Translations under genes and position numbers: made by a program
Notes under the pieces: generated by a model
What the model was told of the DNA's origin: nothing
Database searches by the model: none
The model's input: the letters and a program-made list of their open reading frames with translations, nothing else
In this document: piece after piece, positions 12,947-22,753 of the stretch
Numbering within the stretch: position 1 is the stretch's first letter
Layout: each line of letters opens with the position of its first letter
NCBI GenBank assembly: GCA_013265495.1
Contig: MU058221.1
Coordinates: forward strand, 2,728,001 to 2,792,000
Length of the DNA stretch: 64,000 nt
From: Vicugna vicugna
Lineage: Eukaryota
Reading direction: 5' to 3'

Positions 12947-13753
12947 GCTCCGCAATTGGCTGGCTCGTCCAATGAGATTTAGGGTTGCTCCGTTGTTGGC
13001 TGGCTCGTCCAATGAGATTTAGAGTTGCTCCGCTATTGGCTGGCTCATCCAATGAGATTCAGGGTTGCTCTGTTACTGGCTGGCTCGTCCAATGAGATTT
13101 AGGGTTGCTCCACTAAATTGGCTGGCTCGTCCAATGAGGTTTAGGGTTGCTCCGTTGTTGGCTGGCTCGTCCAATGAGATTTTGAGTTGCTCTGTTACTG
13201 GCTGGCTCGTCCAATGAGATTTAGGGTTGCTCCGTTGTTGGCTGGCTCGTCCAATGAGATTTAGAGTTGCTCCGCTATTGGCTGGCTCATCCAATGAGAT
13301 TCAGGGTTGCTCTGTTACTGGCTGGCTCGTCCAATGAGATTTAGGGTTGCTCCACTAAATTGGCTGGCTCGTCCAATGAGGTTTAGGGTTGCTCCGTTGT
13401 TGGCTGGCTCGTCCAATGAGATTTTGAGTTGCTCTGTTACTGGCTGGCTCGTCCAATGAGATTTAGGGTTGCTCCGTTGTTGACTGGCTCGTCCAATGAG
13501 ATTTTGAGTTGCTCTGTTACTGGCTGGCTCGTCCAATGAGATTTAGGGTTGCTCCGTTGTTGACTGGCTCGTCCAATGAGATTTTGAGTTGCTCTGTTAC
13601 TGGCTGGCTCGTCCAATGAGATTTAGGGTTGCTCCGTTGTTGACTGGCTCGTCCAATGAGATTTTGAGTTGCTCTGTTACTGGCTGGCTCGTCCAATGAG
13701 ATTTAGGGTTGCTCCGTTGTTGGCTGGCTCGTCCAATGAGGTTTAGGGTTGCT
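12947..13753. repeat. 40-bp minisatellite (VNTR), 20 copies, consensus GCTCCGTTGTTGGCTGGCTCGTCCAATGAGATTTAGGGTT
   Basis: Counted directly: 18 units of 40 bp and 2 of 42 bp (starting at 13107 and 13349). The CCAATGAG core is invariant. Confidence 0.97.
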
Positions 13754-13768
13754 TGCTTTTCCTCTGCT

Positions 13769-14535
13769 CGACGACTGTGGCGGTTAATGAGTGTGTTAAG
13801 CAGGTGAAAGGAGCCGAAGGCAGACGGCGCCCTGTAACTAACGCTCCTCTTCCGGCCGCTGGTCAGGCTGGGGCCGGCCTGCGCTGCTGGGCTGTTCAGA
13901 GCGGCTTTCGCGATCTTTGTTCTCTTCCCTTAGAGGCAAGAGCCGGAAACCAGCGGAGGTGCCTCTCCGCTTCGTGCCCGGCGTGGCCGGGCGGCGCGCT
14001 TGCCTCCGGAGAGCCCTGCCTGCAGCTGCGCGCCGGTGGGGCGGGTTTCTGGAGGCCTCGCTGGGGCCTAGACTGGGCAGTGCCTTCTCCAGGCTGAGCG
14101 AGCTGGACTCGGGCCGGTCTGCCCATCCGGCTTGGCGGCCCCAGTTCTCATGTCTGCGAATTGAGAGGGAAATAACTTGATACTGTGGTCCAGGTAAGGG
14201 ACCCGACTGCCCTCGGGCTGGGAAAGACGTGCAGGGAAAGCACCGAAGGCGGCGCAGCCTGACCTCCGGCCTCCCTCCCTCCGCTGCGCCTGCCAGCCGC
14301 CGCACCGCAGCCTGTTTCCTCCTGCCGCAGCCTCCTGCTTGTGAAGTGCATTTGCTGCTAGAGGCCTTAATCGGGAGGAGCAGCCGTCACCCGCATCACG
14401 ACAGCTTCCCTGAGTCCCTCTGAAAGGGACCCGAACTTGAAGTCGGAAGGCTGCCTCACTGGCTCTCGGTTACCTGTAAGGATAACGACTGCCTTTCCCG
14501 TTGGCAAGACTGCAGGGGGAACGACTGTGGCGTAT
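13769..14535. promoter_or_regulatory. Intronic CpG island; candidate internal promoter / alternative first exon
   Basis: Dense CpG and high GC over about 750 bp. Contains ETS-like cttccgg and ccggaa, a GC box ggggcggg near 14037, and a consensus donor CAG|GTAAGG at 14193/14194. Promoter function is inferred only. Confidence 0.6.
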
Positions 14536-14594
14536 ACTTTATATACACGTAGTGTGTGGGCGTGAGCAGAGAGATTCACCGCCACACACACGTG

Positions 14595-14965
14595 GGGCCT
14601 GGAAGCAGACTCCAGGTTCAATTCTGGGCTCTGTCATTATTAGCCCTGTGACCTAGGCAAGACACTTATTCTCTCTCTTAGCTTCTTAGCATCGTTTTTC
14701 ATCGTCTGTAGAATGGAAATAAATTACTTGCTTGTCAAGTTTGTGGTGGGCAGTCCGTAAGCATCACGTCGGGTTTTGTTGAATGTGCTCCGCGGGAGTT
14801 CGAACCTGGCTTTTCTGCATACTGTTGTGTGACCACCAGGAAGCTACTGCGCCTCCCTGTGTCTCAGTTTCCTCATCTATAAAATGAGAAGGACAGAAGT
14901 ACCTACCTCATAAGGTTTTAGGAGGCTATCATGAGAAAATGCATGTGAATCTTAAGAAAGTGCAC
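14595..14965 (+). mobile_element. Two adjacent MIR SINE relics
   Basis: MIR core motifs ggttcaattctgggctctgtcattattagccctgtgacctaggcaag and ctgtgtctcagtttcctcatctataaaatgag. Confidence 0.8.
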
Positions 14966-16167
14966 AATTAATCCGCACATTTTAATTCTTCTTGTATTGG
15001 CTTTGTGAGCATTGAATGAAATTAGTAATCTTGGTAGTGTCTGAAAGATTATGCAGGTATCCAGGAGTCCCTTGAATGTAAGTTTCTATAAGCATCCTGA
15101 GTGTAAGGAACCATATGGGTCTTTATCTTCCTCTTGTCACCCTTGTAACATTTGGGGGGAGAGTAATAGAAGACAATTGTTGTGTGCACCCATGTCTGCA
15201 TTTCAGGGGGGAAAAATCTGAGAGCAACATGACCTACTTGGTTTCACCACCCTGAGTGGCCAAGAAAATGTGCTTTTGATGTCAAATCACAGGGTCTCAA
15301 AAAAATTTTTTTAAATTAAAATTGGCCCCGCCCCAAAAATCATAGACTCTCACTCGTAGATTATGACTCACTCATACCCAGAATACTCATGAATAATGAT
15401 AGTAATTTGGCCTCTCTAAAAGTATTTTTTAAAAAAATCAAACTTTTTACTTCTATAGATGTGCAAAAAATGATATGGGGAGATTTTACATATATAGATA
15501 CACACATATACACTTTTTTTTAAAAAGGCAAACAGGTGTATGAGCCTGTGGACAATGGTTTGTGTAGCAAAGCTCTGCTCCACAGTCTTTCACTCCAGAA
15601 CAGTGAGCCAGACTTCACGTCTCAGGCCTCGCTGTGGACCTAACGCGTCCGGGCGCAGACAGGGTACAACCCCCACGGGGAACATATTCATTCAAAAGAG
15701 GCTGTTTTCTTCAAAGTAGACCCTTGGGGCGCTTTGTCCGTATTCTAGAGACACTGCCTCCAACATGCTCTTTTGCACTGATTTGTTGCGAATTCCCTGA
15801 AAAGTCTTGTACCTCCTCTTTGGAACATTCTCAGATTCAGCAGCTCCTTAGTCCCTGAGGGTGGATTGGATTTCTGGAAAAGTGCTATCTGGTGAAATGA
15901 TGGATGATGCTTAGGTAAATATAAATAAATGAAAGGAGGAGGAATGAAAGGTCGTCGCTTTGGAAGACCATCCCCAGGGGAGAGCTTGGGGAGTGGTGGA
16001 CGTGCAGAGGGCTTCACTGAATGGAGGCAAAGACTCTCAGGACGGGGGCACTTGGCACAATTCCCACCCTGGTCTGTAAGCAGGCAGACACTAGAATAGG
16101 TACCATATTCCAGAGGTTAGCAAACTTTTATGGAGTACTAAATATTGTACGCTTTATAGGTCACATA

Positions 16168-16193
16168 GTGTGTGTGTGTGTGTGTGTGTGTGT
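16168..16193. repeat. (GT)13 microsatellite, within a probable MER58-like relic (~16110-16255)
   Basis: Seen directly. The flank cagaggttagcaaactttt resembles a hAT-Charlie MER58 terminus. Confidence 0.9.
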
Positions 16194-17545
16194 TTTAACC
16201 AGTATTTATAAATGTGAAAACCATACAAAAACAAGCCACTGGCTATGGGCTTAGATTATGACTCACATTCATCATTCAATAATGCCTATGAAAAAATATA
16301 CATCGAGGTATCTGTATGTATAGTATATTCTATTGTGAAATAATACGTATGAAGCCCTTCGAAAGTTAGAAATGTGCTGAGGCTTCAGGTAATTTTAAAA
16401 TAATAACTATCACTTACTTAACCAGGAGCGTCTATATTGAAGAAGAACCCCGAATATCTTCGTCGCTCTCTTGCTCTCTTTCTCTCTGTGTCCACACACA
16501 ACGTTATCAGTGTCCCCACAGTGGGTATGTTTGCTAAACCTGGATGCCGTGGGGAAAAAATGTGGAGACTATTTGAGGCAAAAGGCCACAGTTAAATAAA
16601 TGGCTGGCTTGGAGCGCACGCAGCTGAACAGAAACAAAACGCCTGGGATTTCCTCGTCACTTGCTTCTCTCTGGGGCTGCCGGGCAGAAGGCCGTCTTTA
16701 GCTTTATTACGTAGCAGATGGAAGGTCAAGCTGACTGGCCTTACACCCAGATGCCTGATGCAGCTGAGGGAAGACGTGAGACCACTGAGGTGGCAGCAGA
16801 AACAGTTCTCTTGGAGAAGGCCGCCAAGCTGCCGCACGTAGGACCCTTCCTGTCCCTCTGAACATTGCTTGTAAGCATAACCTTGGCCGGAAGTTGACAT
16901 GTGCTTTTGCGAGCGCAGCTGTTTTGTCCATCTACACGTGGCCGTGGTCTCCTGAGGGCCAGCAGATGGAGCCACGATGCATCTGGGGCCCAAGCCTGGT
17001 CACGGCGCTGGACAGTGATGGCTGCATCTGGTACCCGACGAGGTGGAGGTGGCTACTTGAAGGTCACCCTGGAAGTAAAGGGGCTCTTTGTGGCAGGGCC
17101 CTTTCGGAGACGGGTCCCAGGTCACATGAAATAACCGTGCTGTTCACCCTCTGGCAGACCTCTGCCTGTTCTCTGAGCATCACCCAAAGGTGTTTGACTT
17201 CAAAGCTGCACAAGGCACTGGTATATTTGCAGGCATCCTATGGCTTGAGGCTTATGGAAGGAAAAGGATGCAGGGCACTGAACAGGGAGTCTCCACCTTG
17301 AGAGGGACTCGTAGAAGCTTTGGTTATCAGTGAAGTTAGGACCCTGTCTGTGTGTGTGTCACGGGGACAGAGGTGAGGAAAGCTGTCCTGGCCCCAGGTG
17401 GGATGGAAGGGAGGGACGCCGCACCCACTGGGCTAACGGTGTTAGCCAGGAAAAGGTGCTCAGAGGTGCTGCTCTGCAGGGGAGAGCCTGAAACCAGCAT
17501 TGGGAAGCAGAGCATGGAGGCAGAGAAAAAGTACAACCAGCAGTC

Positions 17546-17800
17546 GGGGAGGGTACAGCTCAGTGGTGAAGCACACGCTTAGTGTGCACGAGGTCCCGGG
17601 TTCAAGCCCCAGTACCTGCATTTAAATCAGGAGCGTCTATATTGAAGAAGAACCCCGAATATCTTCATAGCTCGCTCGCTCTCTTTCTCTGTGTGTCCAC
17701 ACACAATATTATCGGTGTCAATCAATCAATCAATCAATCAATCTAACCCCCCCAAATTAATAAATAAACAAACCTAATTATCTCTCCCCCTAAAAAACCC
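17546..17800 (+). mobile_element. tRNA-derived SINE (Vic-1-like) interrupted by a 92-bp local duplication
   Basis: Head ggggagggtacagctcagtgg…gggttcaagccccagtacct, insert at 17628-17719, then (tcaa)n and tail aaacctaattatctctccccctaaaaaa. Confidence 0.85.
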
Positions 17801-17880
17801 TAAAAATAAATGGAATGATAAAAATAAATAAATAAATAAATAAGGGGGGAACCCTGAAATACTTAAAAAAATAAAAATAA

Positions 17881-18033
17881 ATAGCACAGGGAACTATATT
17901 CAATATCTTGTAGTAATATATAATGAAAGATCATATGAAAAGGAATGTGTGTATGCATGTGGATGACTGAAACACTGTGCTGTACACCAGAAACCAACGC
18001 AACATTGTGAACTGACTATACTTCAATAGAAAA
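17881..18033 (+). mobile_element. LINE-1 3' UTR terminal fragment
   Basis: atagcacagggaactatattcaatatcttgta…tgtgctgtacaccagaaac…actgactatacttcaata. Confidence 0.85.
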
Positions 18034-18359
18034 GTTTTTTTAATTAAAAAAAGGAAAGCAGAACAAGGACGAGCATAAACACGTGGCGGGGGTGCATCGG
18101 GGACCGTCGGAGTGACTGCTGCACGTGGGGGGCTCTGTCTGCATTGCTCACCGAGCCCGAGGCCGAGCAGACCTCAAGAGCTCTGGGTCTTCTTCCCTCT
18201 GATGACTGAGGGGCCTGGGTCACCACCTGGTTCGGGCGTGGAAATAGGTGGGGGAAGCCTTGTAGGAGGAGAGCTGTGATCTGCATGCAGACGAGCTGGG
18301 GGACTCAGACGCTGAGGGAAGAACTGAAACTTCACGAGAGAACTTAGGGAGGAATCCAG

Positions 18360-18527
18360 GCACACACGGTACGTTTCGTCCCCCTTCTGGCTGACTTCAC
18401 TTGGCACGACGATCTCCAGGTCCATCCATGTTGCTGCAGGTGCCACCATTCTACTCATTTTAATGGCCAAGTAGTACTCCATTCTACGTACGTACCACAG
18501 TCGTCTGTCAGTTGACGTTTAGGTTGC
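18360..18527 (-). mobile_element. LINE-1 ORF2 C-terminal fragment
   Basis: Minus-strand translation MEYYLAIKMSRMVAPAATWMDLEIVVPSEVSQ matches the ORF2 terminus. Confidence 0.85.
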
Positions 18528-19519
18528 TAGGAAGGCAAGCACGGAGCTGAAAGGAGAGAGGAAGAGTCGGCACAGAGCACAGGTGAAACGGCAAGCAGAT
18601 TTGAGGGACTGAGCCTGGGAAGCCTTCGGGAGACAACGAAGACAGGAGAGGGAAGGATCTGTATAAGTGCTTGAGGGGAGGGAGGGAGCTGCTGAGGGTA
18701 TGGGGCTGGTTGGAAGGTCCTTTCTTCAGTCTCTTCCCGTGTGTGGCCTAGGGCCAGAGTCCAGTCCTCTCACCATCCCCATACACCATTGCTCTCATCT
18801 ACTTAGGAGCCCTTGGACGTTGTGAGACAGACCTCCAGGCAGTGCCCACTGTGGCGACCGGGCACAGGTTTCTGCCACAGAGCCCCATGGGGGGACCACC
18901 ACTTCCCGTTAGATACACTCTGGGTCTTAGTCCTGGGCTGCCCGCACAGATGGGTGGAGCCTGGGGTGAAAACTTGCAAAGGATTAGGTGCAGCAGGGAG
19001 TGGTGAAAGGTGAAGTGCTTAGTCAAGAAGAATGTACGTATAGATGAGAGGCTGCAAAGTGGATTGTCTTGGTTAATTCAAAGAAGCCCAGAGAGTGGAG
19101 ACGATCCTCCAGCTTCAGGAAGGGATGGTTGATGGGGCTACAGAGGGAGGCAAGCCACATGGCATCACTGGCTCGTATTGGCTTCTCTTGACTCTGTTCC
19201 CCAGCATACATGGTGCAGGTAGTGGAGAGCATCCCAGAGGTCCTTCTGGTCCCTCTCTATCCAGCTCTCTGTTCTCTTTTCAGTTTTATTGTGGTTTATT
19301 TTTTGCCGCAGCCCCGGTTCAATGGACCTGGGAGGGGCACTCGTCTTGCAGTCTGTGGGCGTGTGCGCCTTCCTACTTAACCTGGTTGACGGCCCTTGTG
19401 TCGTAAATAGGACAGTTAGATAGCCTTCTGATTTCCTGCTGGGAAGACGCTTTGCATACTTGACAGGTCTGGTAAGACTGACTGGTCGTTTCTGCCCAAG
19501 TTTTCACCTAAACTAAGGC

Positions 19520-19660
19520 TTTGCAATCATTCTAGACAGTAAATATTCTTGGCTTGTGGGTCCTGTGGTCTCTGTTGTAACTACTCAACTCTGCCCTTTC
19601 AGTGCAAAAGCAGCCACAGGTTATATGTAGGATGAAGGGGCAAAGATGTGCTGCCATAAG
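19520..19660. mobile_element. hAT-Charlie MITE fragment (MER58A-like)
   Basis: gtaaatattcttggcttgtgggtcctgtggtctctgttgtaactactcaactctgcc…tgcaaaagcagccacag. Confidence 0.75.
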
Positions 19661-22620
19661 ATGAAGATGACGGAGCTGAGAGAAAGCGCCCTATCCTCAA
19701 AGGTTTCTCCAGCAGCTTACCTGGGGAGCCTGCAGGTCTACGTCGTACAGGTGTCCGCGAACAGCTTAACTGGGTTAAGGTGCTGTGTTAGGAGGAATAC
19801 ATTAGAGAATGTTTTCTCTACGAGGAAGAGAAGATATTACTTTAGTGAGTAGTTACTTCGGCCAATCAGCATCCTTGGCTGGGTGAACAGTGACAAGAAG
19901 GAAGCACAGGTGGCGGCAGGAGCTAAGAAAACATCCAGGATGTCTTGGAAGATGTTTGGCTGCCTTCGAACCACATGTGTACCTGTTGTGTGCAAGATCT
20001 TGTGAGGGGGAGCCGTGGGGGCCACAAGGATGGATAAAACATAACCATTATTCTCCAGGAGGTTGAAAATGAATTGAAGACGCATGAGCGCTCTGTGTAT
20101 CCAATTCTGTGTGTATGTATCCATCCACCCATCCTTCCATGCATGCCACAAATAATGAACGAAACAGCAGTGGGTAGCCGCCAGTTGGGCAGGTAGGAGC
20201 CCAAAGAGGTTTAGAAAAGAGATCAAGTTTTATTGTCCAGTGTGAATGGGACGTCTTGAGGGATGTGACCTTGAGTGGAACCTTGGCCGATTGCTAAGTA
20301 TTTAATTGACGGCCCTCGCCCCACCAAAATAAACAAACCAGCAAACTCCGGGGTATGATGTGGAGGAAGCAGGCACTTCTCTCTCCCTCATCAAGTCGGA
20401 ATTCTGTCGGAGGGGCTGACATCATGGGTTCATTACTGATTAGGATGGGAGGGTCCCTCCCCGCCACGGTTATGGCCTTGAGTTCACACTTCTACGTGTC
20501 GTCTTGACATGTGTACGAGCGGACTGCGGAGAGGAGCTGTGCTCACTTAGTGTCTGGATCCTCCTCACACACTGCCTGGCTCCTGCTGCGCGTCAGGCGC
20601 TGGGCGGTCCAGTGCGTCCCTTCTCTGCTGCTAAAGCCGGCACTTGGCGCTCTGGTCCCACTAACAGGCAGCAGGCGGTTCATCTCACATATGTGCAGGT
20701 CGACATGTTTTCTTCACTGGAAATAAGTTAAGACTGTATTTACTTGCATGGGACCCTGAGGCCAAATCATAGTGCAGAGTAATAATTTAGTTCCTCAGTG
20801 AACGGATGGAGAAAACAACCCCAGAAGACCTAGAGCCATTAAACAGAGCGTTGTAACCGTTGCGTGGTTTTAGATAACACGTGCAGAGTCTCTCCTGCCC
20901 TTTCTCACGCAACCACGTTGTTGGTGAACAGGCATCGAGAAGGCATTAGGTGATGCTTGATTGCATTATCTTAAGCCACTGTGGTTTTTGTATGTGAAGG
21001 GTATAGATCTATGCTGAGGGGTTCAGCTCGGAAGCAGGCACGTCAGTTTGTTCATGAATGCAAACTGGTGATTACCCTCATTAACGTCGCCAGGGCAGAC
21101 CGATCGCTTTAATTCGGGCGGAGGCATGCATGCAGCGTTCGCTAGTGCTGTGCGTGTACCTGGGAGCACAGGCTGTGCCGTGTCCCCGAGGGGCCCCAGG
21201 CATGCAGATTTGTGTTCTCAGTGATGTCTAAGGACTGGTGAGGGTGCAAAGACCGGCGGGGCCAGGAAGAAACTGCTTCCTAGCACTCTGCGGAAAGATG
21301 TTGCCTAAGTTTCATTTGGTCTTAGCTGCTGAATGCTGATTGGATGATAACTGCATAAAGGATGGCATGGAGAACGTACGCTTGTCCCAGCTCCAGATCA
21401 TAGAACCCGGGGCCCTCCTAGGTCTGACTAGGTGGTGACAAGTTGAACGATGGCCTCCTGATGGAGCATGAAGGGAATTTGCGGGACTTAGTGAACTCAG
21501 AGCATTCGTACTGAGTACCCGTGATCCCAGCTATGTGCCAGGGGAGTGAAATCCTCTGTCCTGCAAGAATTCACAGTCTAGGTGGAAGTGACTTTTTAAG
21601 CAATGCTGATGTGCACTTGTGGTTTGTAGAAGGAAGGTTGGAAAGAGATTCAGATGAGGCGGTGGCTGGAAAGGCAAAGAGAAACAGTGTCACAGTGAAT
21701 GTGGGACATAACACTGTTGACACTGGAGAATTGGTCATTCACGCGTTGCTGGGAACCAATCAGCAAGCACGTGGCCGTAAGTAAACAAGCGCCAGAACCT
21801 TCCCCTGACCCGGAAAGTCCACTTCTGACAGCAGCCAACACTGGATGCCTAAAGATGCCTGCGACTTTGTTTTTGATAATACCAAACATCAGAGACTCCT
21901 TTAAATGGATGGCAACAGGGAATTGACTTGCCAAATAATAAAGCAAAAAAACATTTGGGAACCTTATTCAATTATAAAAAAATTAATTACAAGTATATAG
22001 GGAATCTGGAAGATATTTGCAACGTAAGAGATGAAGCAGCGACAAAAGGTACATATAGAGATTGTAAGTTTGTAACAGTTGTCCCTGAAGGAAGCAATGA
22101 CCGCAGGTAAAGCTGACCTCCCCTCTTCACTCTCTATCCTGCCTCTGTTTTACTTCCTTTGTAGTAATCATCACAGTGTGAGCTCTAACAATGCATTCAC
22201 TTGTTTAATTTAAATAGAAGCTCTTCTCTAGGAAACATAAACACCATCTAACTCAGTCACCTCCGTATCTTCAATATATGGCATGTGTTAGGCGCTCAGT
22301 ATCGGAATGGCTGAATGCATCAGCGATGGGGTATTATTAATACAGTTATGCTTACAGTGACCTTTCAAGAAAATGCACAATATGGAAACAACACTTGTCC
22401 AGCCCTTACCGGGCGCTGAGTTAAGACCTCTAACCATCTCTCGTTTCCATCTCATCACAGTTTGTCTCTGAGTTGAAGGAACTGAGGCTCACAGCGGTGA
22501 AGCACCTTGTCTGGCCTGCAAGGGCAAACCTCAGGCTGCGCGCCTCCAGAGCCCAGACTCTTGATCATGATATGATTTAAAAAAATAAAATATATGGAAT
22601 AATCAGGAGTGTCAGATGCT

Positions 22621-22753
22621 GGCGGGGAGGGCGTAGCTCCGCGGCAGAGCGCGTGCTTAGCGTGCAGCAGGTCCTGGGTTCAATCCCAAGAGCCTCCATT
22701 AAAATAAATTAAAAAATAAATCAACCTAATTACCACCTCCCCCCCAAAGAAAG
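22621..22753 (+). mobile_element. tRNA-derived SINE (Vic-1-like) with TSD
   Basis: A/B-box head and acctaattacc tail. TSD gtgtcagatgct (22609-22620) / gtgtcggatgct (22754-22765). Confidence 0.88.

Noticed and set aside
12606..13536. Repetitive minus-strand ORFs (MDEPANSGATLNLIGRASQ…)
   Set aside because: They are translations of the 40-bp repeat, whose period is not a multiple of 3; frames are broken by stops and run into an L1 fragment.
12947..13753. CRISPR-like array
   Set aside because: Units are contiguous near-identical copies with no unique spacers, there are no cas genes, and the DNA is mammalian intron.
12947..13753. Interstitial telomere, or ERSE / NFI sites
   Set aside because: TTAGGG is never tandem. 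ATTGG-N9-CCAAT does not fit ERSE (CCAAT-N9-CCACG) or NFI (TTGGC-N5-GCCAA).
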